Shown: positions 8,755 through 16,097, counted from the first letter of the stretch. The stretch: DNA of 17,762 nt from Candidatus Krumholzibacteriota bacterium (GCA_963806035.1 CAWDWO010000029.1:1-17762), one strand, 5' to 3'. The notes: a model not told the origin generated them from the sequence alone. Numbers and translations are program-made.

Positions 8755-9138
8755 GCGGCTGGAGTCACTAGGCAAACGTGGTCCGGTCGTCCAGTTGGCC
8801 TTCTGGGCCTGAGTCTATCGGAGGACGGGGTGGGAACGCTCCTCTCCGTCAACCGGCTGAAAGAGGTTGTTTTCCATCAATTCGGTTCGTCGATTCGTCA
8901 GCACGAGGTGGGGTCGGGCTGAGGATCTCGGCGGAAGCTAGGAAGACAGCGCTATCACACCGTCCTCCGAAACATCCCATGGGATGCAGTGAGAGAGGTT
9001 AGGAGAGATCCAAACACGAGGCGCCCCGGCCTCCAGGACTGGCGAGATCCTGGAGCGGCCACCAAGGGGATGATCTGGTGAACCACTCACGCTCTTATGG
9101 TTGCGAGAGCCGTCCCTGTGGGGCGGCTCTCGTGCGTT
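8755..9138 (+). ncRNA. Candidate sigma54-dependent structured non-coding RNA (~380 nt), family not recognised
   Basis: Bounded by sigma54 promoter 1 and a 14-bp hairpin. Long-range stem TCGGAGGACGG (8818-8828)/CCGTCCTCCGA (8960-8970). Hairpins at 8918-8932, 8973-8986, 9031-9055 and 9060-9080. No credible ORF. Confidence 0.55.
9103..9138 (+). terminator. Putative intrinsic terminator hairpin
   Basis: GCGAGAGCCGTCCC-TGT-GGGGCGGCTCTCGT forms 14 pairs (2 G-U), followed only by GCGTT, so the U-tract is weak. Confidence 0.55.
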
Positions 9139-9212
9139 CCAGGGCATCCCTTAGGGCGCCGCGAAGGCGCTCCAGGGCCCGTCGCCCAAGCGGGTCAGTG
9201 TCCCCTCCAAGG

Positions 9213-9248
9213 GACATTTCTATATCTGGATGGCGACAACTTCCGCTC
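9213..9248. promoter_or_regulatory. Candidate tandem activator sites for sigma54 promoter 2
   Basis: GACATTTCTATATC (9213-9226) and GACAACTTCCGCTC (9235-9248) both match GACA-N8-TC, are 22 bp apart (two helical turns), and lie ~155-175 bp upstream of the predicted +1. Confidence 0.3.
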
Positions 9249-9304
9249 GAAAGGACGCTGGATGCGGCCAGCGCGCGGCGCGAGGCTTTTCTGTGTCGCG
9301 GAGT

Positions 9305-9329
9305 TAAGTCATTATAAATAAGCGTGTTA
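9305..9329. promoter_or_regulatory. AT-rich IHF-like element upstream of sigma54 promoter 2
   Basis: TAAGTCATT-ATAAATA-AGCGTGTTA has the same 25-bp TAA...TTA frame as 8678-8702. Confidence 0.5.
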
Positions 9330-9369
9330 TACAATGCCCCTTGGGCCCTGAGGGCCCATACCCGGGCAG

Positions 9370-9385
9370 TGGCATGGCGGCTGCG
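9370..9385 (+). promoter_or_regulatory. Sigma54 (-24/-12) promoter 2
   Basis: TGGCATGGCGGCTGCG: GG (9371-9372)-N10-GC (9383-9384). Shares GTGGCATGG with promoter 1. Predicted +1 is about 9396, 45 nt before the lipoprotein ATG. Confidence 0.7.
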
Positions 9386-9440
9386 AAGAGAGAGGGTGGG
9401 GACAAGGACGGGACGAGGCCTTCAGTCGAAGGAGAGAGTC

Positions 9441-10379
9441 ATGAAAGCACGAGCGATCGCAAGGACCCAGAGGCCGTCCCTTGGAGCTTGGAGCATGCTC
9501 CTGGTTCTCTCGCTGGCGCTTCTGACCCTTCTCTTTGCCGGCTGTGACGAGAATGACGAGATCGTGGACGTGACGCCGCCCGCGATTCCCGACGGTGTGA
9601 GTTCGATCACCGGCGACTCGGTGATCTGGGTCATTTGGAACGCCAATCGCGAACCCGACCTGGCCGGATATCGCGTCTATTCCACCACCGAGGCCGATGG
9701 CAACGGCAACCCGATCCACTGGGAGAAACTGCTCGAGGTGGGGACGCCCTATCCCAACATCGACAACCTGGTCAGCTATGATCCCGATACGAGCGGCGGC
9801 CGGCCCTATCTGATTTTCGAGGATCACACGGTCCAAAACGGCTACGACTACTACTACGCGATCAGCGCCTTCGACGACGCGGGCAACGAGAGCGCACTCT
9901 CCACCGACTACGTGGTGGATACCCCGCGGCCGGAGGGCACGGTGACCCTGAGCGCGGCGGGCGTGGATTCCTCGCGCGCCGGCTTCGATTTCAGCGACGA
10001 GATGCGGCGCTATCCTGCCGACCTCTTGAGCGACCTCAGCTTCGATTTCGTGAGCGGCATTCCCACCTTCACGGCGCAGGCTCCCTGGGTGCGGATGCAG
10101 GACTACGGCAACGTCGACTTCGACGTGGCCAGCTACGCCCCCGAATTTGGCTGGTCGCAGACCGGCATCATGGAGGCCATCGCGGGTCACAGTTATTTTC
10201 TCGAGATTGTAGATGGCGATCAGCTCAACTACGCCAAGGTGTACGTGGTGAGTATTTCGCCGAGCAACGGCACGATCAGTTTGATGTGGGGCTATCAGCC
10301 CGTCGATGGATTGCCGGAGCTCAAGCAGCCTCGTGAGGCGCTTCCGCCGCGGGGCACCGGGAAGGAGGGCTCGTCATGA
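9441..10379 (+). CDS. Lipoprotein with fibronectin type III-like domain and beta-rich C-terminal domain
   Basis: AAGGAG RBS at 9429-9434 and lipobox LFAG-C (Cys35). FN3-like motifs TPPAIP...WNANREPDLAGYRVY and YYYAISAFDDAGNES. Confidence 0.85.
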   Translation: MKARAIARTQRPSLGAWSMLLVLSLALLTLLFAGCDENDEIVDVTPPAIPDGVSSITGDSVIWVIWNANREPDLAGYRVYSTTEADGNGNPIHWEKLLEVGTPYPNIDNLVSYDPDTSGGRPYLIFEDHTVQNGYDYYYAISAFDDAGNESALSTDYVVDTPRPEGTVTLSAAGVDSSRAGFDFSDEMRRYPADLLSDLSFDFVSGIPTFTAQAPWVRMQDYGNVDFDVASYAPEFGWSQTGIMEAIAGHSYFLEIVDGDQLNYAKVYVVSISPSNGTISLMWGYQPVDGLPELKQPREALPPRGTGKEGSS

Positions 10380-12238
10380 GTACCCGGATTCAAACCATAC
10401 TTCCCCTGTTTCTGGCTCTGATCGTCCTGGGCGCTAGGCCCTCGACTTCACCCGCCACTACGGTCACTCCGACCACGGTTCTTTCGCTGCAGGATGAACA
10501 GGCGGCGGCGGGCGACTCCTCGGCGGACGAGGTTCGCTACGCTTCGCGCGAACTGCGCGTGAGGGTGTGGCACGACAAGGACGACGATGCGGTCTTCGCG
10601 CGCGGCGAAGCGCTCCAGTTGTACTTCCGTACCAACGACGACGCCTACGTCGTGATCTACTACATCGACGCCGACGGCTACACCGAGATCCTCTGGCCGC
10701 AGAGCCGCTACGACGACGGCTTCGTGTTCGGCGGGCACACCTACTCCATTCCCGGGCGCTCCTCCGATCAGGGATTGTGGGTTTCGCAGTCCCGCGGTGT
10801 GGAATACGTGGAGGCCATCGCCAGTCAGTACCCCTTCGATTTGCGTCAGCTGGCGATCGACTTCCGCTTTGGTGCTGACGAAACGGGAGAGTACGCGCAC
10901 CGGGTTTCCGGGGATCCGTTCCTGGCGGTGAACGACATCAACTATGCCATCACGGGCCTCGATGAGGACGTGGACTGGCTGGTCACCGACTGGACCCACA
11001 TCTACGTGGATCAGAAGGTGGAGTATCCGCGCTATACCTGCACGCAGTGTCACACGGGCAACGATCCGAAGTACGCCCCCTACACGAGCACCTGCACCCA
11101 GGTGAACATCTACGCCGACTGGGGCTGGTACACGCGCTGGTACGCGAGCTTCGGTTACTACCCCCTGTACTGCGATGCGCCGTACTACTACTGGGATCGC
11201 TGGCTCTATCGGCCGTACTACTACAGCTACTACCCGATCTACTACTCGTGGCCCAGCTGGAACTGCTACGTGCGCAGCTATCCGGTGTACCGCTGGCGAA
11301 ATCACCCGCGTTACCGGGGAGACTACGTGACCCTGTATGAGCGTGGGACCGTGAAGCAGCGTCCGATCTACGACATCAGCCGCAGCCGAGAGCCCTCGCC
11401 AGTGCGAGGAAGGGATGTGACTCGCGTTCCACCCAGCATCGCGCGGCGCGGAGCCACGGATTCCAAGCATCCTTCGCGGGTGAGTCGCGACCAGCTCACG
11501 CGGAACGAGATGCCGGTGCGCGCGCCAGGCGACCGCAAGCTGGTTCCCGCGACTTCGAGGACGGGTACCGAACGCTCGGGAGTGCGGCCCACTCGTGGAA
11601 GGCCGGACCGCACCGTGCGCAGTTTGAATCCCAACGGCACCACGAGGTTGTCGCCCACGGTGCGCGAAGGGGGCACCACTCGCGAGAGCGGCGCCGCGGG
11701 CACCAGCCACGGTCGCCGCTGGACCAGGCCGGTGGTACGCAACGCACCCGCGACGCGCAACGCACCCGCGAACCGCGTCTCTCCCGCGCCGCGGCAGAAT
11801 GCGCCGCAGCGGCAGGGCAACGATCGCAGCGTGCGCAGGCCGTCCACACCTCAGCAGGGGGAGAGGCAGCGGGTTTCTCCGCCGCCTGCCCGCCGCTCGC
11901 AACCCAGCAAGCGCGAGGCAGCGCCCAAAGTGAAATCACGGGACAGCCGGCAACGCTCCGGTGACCGGGATTCCAAAGGGGCACCTCACGCTTCCTCGTA
12001 TCGGGCGCCGCGTTCCGGCGGTTCGCGGAGCCAAGGAGCGCAAGCGCGTCGCGCGCCCTCGCAATCATCCTCGAGGCAAGGATACTCCGCGGCCCCGCGG
12101 AGACCTTCGCAGGGCGCCTCGGGTCGGCGAGTGGCACCGGCGCCGCGGACTCCCTCGGCTCCGCGTCCGTCCGCTCCGGCTCGATCCGGCGGATCCAGCT
12201 CGAGTTCTCATTCCAGAGGCAGAGGAGGTCGCGGATAG
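10376..12238 (+). CDS. Secreted DUF4384-like protein with CxxCH motif, Tyr/Trp-rich segment and Arg/Ser/Pro-rich disordered tail
   Basis: ATGA overlap with the upstream gene and an N-terminal signal peptide. FARGEALQLYFRTNDDAYVVIYYIDADG..EILWP...GVEYVEAIAS resembles DUF4384. CTQCH at 11039-11053. Low-complexity C-terminal ~290 aa. Confidence 0.8.
   Translation: MSTRIQTILPLFLALIVLGARPSTSPATTVTPTTVLSLQDEQAAAGDSSADEVRYASRELRVRVWHDKDDDAVFARGEALQLYFRTNDDAYVVIYYIDADGYTEILWPQSRYDDGFVFGGHTYSIPGRSSDQGLWVSQSRGVEYVEAIASQYPFDLRQLAIDFRFGADETGEYAHRVSGDPFLAVNDINYAITGLDEDVDWLVTDWTHIYVDQKVEYPRYTCTQCHTGNDPKYAPYTSTCTQVNIYADWGWYTRWYASFGYYPLYCDAPYYYWDRWLYRPYYYSYYPIYYSWPSWNCYVRSYPVYRWRNHPRYRGDYVTLYERGTVKQRPIYDISRSREPSPVRGRDVTRVPPSIARRGATDSKHPSRVSRDQLTRNEMPVRAPGDRKLVPATSRTGTERSGVRPTRGRPDRTVRSLNPNGTTRLSPTVREGGTTRESGAAGTSHGRRWTRPVVRNAPATRNAPANRVSPAPRQNAPQRQGNDRSVRRPSTPQQGERQRVSPPPARRSQPSKREAAPKVKSRDSRQRSGDRDSKGAPHASSYRAPRSGGSRSQGAQARRAPSQSSSRQGYSAAPRRPSQGASGRRVAPAPRTPSAPRPSAPARSGGSSSSSHSRGRGGRG
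11738..11773 (+). repeat. In-frame 18-bp tandem duplication (RNAPAT-RNAPAN)
   Basis: CGCAACGCACCCGCGACG CGCAACGCACCCGCGAAC within the disordered tail. Confidence 0.8.
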
Positions 12239-12464
12239 CAACTCGCGAACGATTCGAGTGAGGGATTCCCACTCTGCCTGAAAGGTGCGAGCGGGCCGCA
12301 AGTTCCTTCCCCATTGATGGTTGGCAGCCGTAAGCGGGAGGGGGGAATCAGCGGACTCCATGGGACCCTCTTGGGAGAGGGGCCAAAGGCCGGATTTGTC
12401 GATCAGGGGCGACGATGCAGGACCGGACGCTCCTCTCCCACGGTTTCGTGCGGTGGATGTGGTG

Positions 12465-12503
12465 AAAAGGGACGGCGGTTGACCCTACCGCCGTCTCCTT
12501 TTT
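12465..12503 (+). terminator. Intrinsic terminator, possibly bidirectional
   Basis: AAAAGG-GACGGCGGT-TGACCCT-ACCGCCGTC-TCCTTTTT: perfect 9-bp stem with a T-tract downstream and an A-tract upstream. Confidence 0.85.
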
Positions 12504-12508
12504 ATACT
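12479..12508 (+). promoter_or_regulatory. Putative sigma70 promoter for the M6-like gene
   Basis: TTGACC (12479-12484)-N18-TATACT (12503-12508), 30 nt upstream of ATG 12538. Confidence 0.55.
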
Positions 12509-12537
12509 CCGCTACCTTTTTCTCTCTCTAGGAACGA

Positions 12538-15500
12538 ATGCGCATGAGCTCGAGCCGTGGGTCCTGGGCTGCCCTGGTGCTTTGCACCCTCCTTTCAATG
12601 CTCCTATTCGCCGACACGGCGCGAAGCGCCGCAGGGGCTCCTTGGTTTCAGAGCCACTCGCTCTCCACCCAGGAGGCAACGCGTCAGTTGCTGGCGCGCT
12701 CCTCGGCTCGCATGCGCGTCAGCGGCGCCAAGGCGAGCCAAATGGAAGCGCTGCATTCGCACAAAGCGCCCGACTCTTTGCGGATGCTGGTCGTGGGCTG
12801 TGACTTCGCCGACAGCTTGCTCTGGGGTCGAGATCGTTCGCAGTTCCCCGGCTGGCCCGCCGCCGCGCGCCAGGGCAATTTCCTCTACGACGATTCGGGA
12901 AATGCGATCACCGACGCTCAGGGGAAACCGATCTACGAGTTCGCCGCGCACGATTCCACTTACTTCGATCTACAGATGCGCAAGACCGCGGACTACTTCA
13001 GTACTGTCTCGCGCGGCAAGTTCACCCTGCAGTGGCAGGCCCTGTCGACTCTGGTGAATCTGCCCGAGTCCATGGGCTATTACGGCGCCGATCGCCAAGA
13101 CAACAACCGGCTGGTGGAAATGGCCAAGCAGGTGGTGGAGGCCATCGATCCCGAGGTGGATTTCTCGGGCTTCGACACCCTGGTTCTCATTCATGCGGGC
13201 GCGGGGCGCGAGACCGATATCAGCAACGATAGCCCTCAGCAGCTCTTCTCGAACTACCTGGATCGCCGCGATTTCGAGCAGGCCATGGCGGACACCATTC
13301 TGTCCGAACCGGGGATCATTACGCAGGACGGGGTCCTGATCCGCCACGTCCTCATCCTGCCCGAGACGGAGACTCAGGACGCGGTGGCCTCCCTGGGCCT
13401 CAACGGTTTCTTCGGCATGCGCGGGGTCTACTGCTTCGAGGTGGGGCTGCGATTGGGCATGCTCAGTCTGGCGGACTTTACTCCGGCGGGACGTCCCGAC
13501 AGTCAGGGAATCGGGAATTATGGCCTGATGGGTTACGGGCTCTTCACCGGTCTGGGCATCGTACCCGCCGAACCCTGCGCCATGAACCGCATGCTCATGG
13601 GATGGGTGGATGCGGTCGAGATCGACTCGGACACGCGAGTCGAGTTGCCGCCCATCGAGACCGGGGTGGGGGACACTCTGCTGGTCAAAGTGCCCATCAC
13701 CGACCGTGAGTATTTCCTCCTGGAGTATCGCCTTCAGGATCCCGACGGGAGTTTCAGTTTCAGCTTCGATGACCTCAACGGAAACCGGGTGCCGGACTTC
13801 TACGACGCGGACAGCAGCAGCGGCGACGGACGGCCCAGCTCGACTTTCGATCCCGCGACCGACACCTGGGAGAGCACGCAGGGCGCGGAGTGGGATTTTT
13901 TCATGAGCGAGTTTCCCGTGAATGATTCCGACGGGCCGGGTCGCGGACCGGGTCGCGGCAACGGACTCTACGTGTGGCACATCGACGAGCGGGTCATCCT
14001 GGAATCGTTGAACGCGGGCTCGAACACCATCAACGCCGATCCGGATCGCAAGGGGGTCGATCTGGAAGAGGCGGACGGAGTCCAGGATCTCGACACCCTC
14101 AAGGCATCGCGCTTTCTCTTGGGTTGGGATCGCGATTGTTTTCGCGGCGAGGGCGTGCTCATCGGAAACACACTCTTCGGTACGCGCTTCGCGGACGACA
14201 CCATCCCCAACAGCCTCTCCGCCGACGGAGCCTCCATCGGATTCTCCATCAGCGCGATCGACAGCGTGCAGCTGGGAACCGAAGCTTGCGCAGTGGGACC
14301 AGACTGTCCCTACGGTGGACGCTTTCTCTATCGCGATCGCCTGGGCTTCGACCTCGCTTTCGCCTCCGAGCCGCAGGCGGCAGGAGTCACCCTGAAGGCG
14401 CAGCGCAAATTCGCGGCGGACGGTCCGCGGGATGACGTACGTCTCGCCGACCTGGATGGCGACGGTGTGCCTGAGATCCTCCTGGCCGGCGATGAGGGAG
14501 CGCTCTTGGTGTTGCACGGAGATCTCACGCCCTGGCTGGCCGGAGCCGATCCCGACAACCCCGCGGTGCTCGCTCGTGCTAGGGGAGTCGATGGACCGCC
14601 GCAGTGGTTGGGTGCACCGGTGGTGGGCGATCTCGACCGCGATGGCACGCCGGAGATCTTCCTCAGCGCGAGAGAGGGAGTCTACGCTTTCGACCCGCAG
14701 GGGAACGAACTGCGCGATGGCGATGGGAATCCGGCGACCTTTGGGCTGTTTTTGGCCGCCCCCCAGGTGGAAGGTGCGCCCACGAATCTCTCCCACCCCT
14801 GTCTGTTGGCGCCTCACAGCGGCGCTCTTGCTGATGCGACGCCGCAGTCCCGTGCCGACTTGGTGATGATCTTCCGCGGCTTGCAGGAGGGGGACCGGGT
14901 GGGCGCGAGCCTCGTGCAGTGGGACGGCGCGGCGGCGCCCAGCGTCAGCATCTCCCCCGATCGTTGCGACGGAACCGCGCGCCGCGGCGTGCTGATCGAT
15001 GGTGGCACCGGAGCACTCTATCTCGCGGTCGGTGGAGGGATCCCCGAGAATCAGGCGGGCCGCATTCTCCTGCGCGGGCCCGCCAAGCTCGCCAAAGTGG
15101 CGCTCACGCCGCCGGTCCCACTGGTTCTGGAGACACCGGCGGAGCTCTTGAGCTACCGCTTCCGCGGTGATATGTGGCTGGGCTTGGCCATGATCGACAC
15201 GCTGGGAGTGCCCCGCACTCCGATGGTGGCGAGAGGCCGCGCCCTTCCCGCTCCGTGGTCGGCCCTGGTGGGAGGACCCGAACGCGCATATGGGGCCCCC
15301 GTGCTCGCACTGGCCGCGGGCGATCAGCTGTGGCTCTTGGACCGAAATCTCGCGCAGCTCACCGGCGGTCCCTACCGTCCCGCCTATTCCACGGCCGATC
15401 TCGAGGGTGGCACTCCCGCGGCTCCACTGCTGGTGGATCTCGACGGAGACGGGACGGTGGAAGCCCTATGGCACGACCGGGTGGGACGGGTGCACGCGGT

Positions 15501-16086
15501 GAATCTGGAATCTGAGAGTCTGCCAGGATGGCCCTTCCAGGGTCCCGGCGAGCCCAGTGGCTCGCCCGCGGTGGCGGATCTCGACGGCGATGGTCAGCTC
15601 GAACTCGTCCTGGTCTCGGGCTTCGACGCTCTCACGGGAACGGACTTCGAGGAGCGCTTGCCACTCACCCATCGCGTGGGAGAGATCCGCGTCTACGGAC
15701 TCTCGATTCCCAGCACGCGTTTTGCGCCCTGGACCCAGGGTGGGGCTGACGCCTGGGGAACGGGGCACCAGCCAATCGATTCGAGCAAGAGCGCGAACTC
15801 CGGCGCAGGCGAGGCCTTCGCCGACGAGGACCTCGTCCTCTATCCCAACCCGGTGGATGGCCCCAGCGTACACGTACGCGTGCAGCTGCACCGCTCGGCC
15901 CAGGTGCGCTCGACCATCTTCGACCTCCAAGGGGAAATGGTGCGGCAGACAGGGACGATTCGCGGGGAGGGGCCGGGTCAGTTGGAGTTCGAGATTCCGC
16001 TGGATGGTCTCGCTGCCGGCATGTATTTGGCGAAAGTGGAAACCGAGGGCAGTGTCGCGTTCAAGCCCTTTGCTATCGTTCGTTGA
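12538..16086 (+). CDS. M6 (immune inhibitor A)-like protein with degenerate zinc motif, FG-GAP/VCBS repeats and T9SS type A C-terminal sorting domain
   Basis: Signal peptide. M6 hallmarks YFSTVSRGKF, LIHAGAG, IGNYGLMGYG, RMLMGWV, EYFLLEYR, GLYVWHIDE, GVDLEEADG. Four DLDxDG repeats. C-terminal YPNP...IFDLQGEMVR...AAGMYLAKV. Confidence 0.88.
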   Translation: MRMSSSRGSWAALVLCTLLSMLLFADTARSAAGAPWFQSHSLSTQEATRQLLARSSARMRVSGAKASQMEALHSHKAPDSLRMLVVGCDFADSLLWGRDRSQFPGWPAAARQGNFLYDDSGNAITDAQGKPIYEFAAHDSTYFDLQMRKTADYFSTVSRGKFTLQWQALSTLVNLPESMGYYGADRQDNNRLVEMAKQVVEAIDPEVDFSGFDTLVLIHAGAGRETDISNDSPQQLFSNYLDRRDFEQAMADTILSEPGIITQDGVLIRHVLILPETETQDAVASLGLNGFFGMRGVYCFEVGLRLGMLSLADFTPAGRPDSQGIGNYGLMGYGLFTGLGIVPAEPCAMNRMLMGWVDAVEIDSDTRVELPPIETGVGDTLLVKVPITDREYFLLEYRLQDPDGSFSFSFDDLNGNRVPDFYDADSSSGDGRPSSTFDPATDTWESTQGAEWDFFMSEFPVNDSDGPGRGPGRGNGLYVWHIDERVILESLNAGSNTINADPDRKGVDLEEADGVQDLDTLKASRFLLGWDRDCFRGEGVLIGNTLFGTRFADDTIPNSLSADGASIGFSISAIDSVQLGTEACAVGPDCPYGGRFLYRDRLGFDLAFASEPQAAGVTLKAQRKFAADGPRDDVRLADLDGDGVPEILLAGDEGALLVLHGDLTPWLAGADPDNPAVLARARGVDGPPQWLGAPVVGDLDRDGTPEIFLSAREGVYAFDPQGNELRDGDGNPATFGLFLAAPQVEGAPTNLSHPCLLAPHSGALADATPQSRADLVMIFRGLQEGDRVGASLVQWDGAAAPSVSISPDRCDGTARRGVLIDGGTGALYLAVGGGIPENQAGRILLRGPAKLAKVALTPPVPLVLETPAELLSYRFRGDMWLGLAMIDTLGVPRTPMVARGRALPAPWSALVGGPERAYGAPVLALAAGDQLWLLDRNLAQLTGGPYRPAYSTADLEGGTPAAPLLVDLDGDGTVEALWHDRVGRVHAVNLESESLPGWPFQGPGEPSGSPAVADLDGDGQLELVLVSGFDALTGTDFEERLPLTHRVGEIRVYGLSIPSTRFAPWTQGGADAWGTGHQPIDSSKSANSGAGEAFADEDLVLYPNPVDGPSVHVRVQLHRSAQVRSTIFDLQGEMVRQTGTIRGEGPGQLEFEIPLDGLAAGMYLAKVETEGSVAFKPFAIVR

Positions 16087-16097
16087 GGCGCTGGCCT

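Noticed and set aside
8566..8922. 118-aa ORF after the bEBP (also 8778-9002, 9078-9317, 9097-9321)
   Set aside because: They run through enhancer, promoter or terminator elements, have atypical composition and mostly lack an RBS. The 9078 ORF has an upstream AAGGGGA but crosses the terminator hairpin.
8755..9138. Identification of the candidate RNA as tmRNA, RNase P RNA, SRP, a c-di-GMP riboswitch or a group II intron remnant
   Set aside because: No tRNA-like ends, no GAGGAAAGUCC, no SRP GGAA/AGCAG loop. GGCAAAC at 8771 is not followed by the GAAA/CGCAAA pattern. GAGAGCCGT at 9105 forms a simple hairpin without domain V geometry.
9324..9440. N-terminal extension of the lipoprotein ORF
   Set aside because: It spans sigma54 promoter 2; the RBS and lipoprotein signal support ATG 9441.
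13933..13959. 12-bp tandem repeat encoding GPGRGPGRG
   Set aside because: Short in-frame loop duplication with no evident regulatory meaning.
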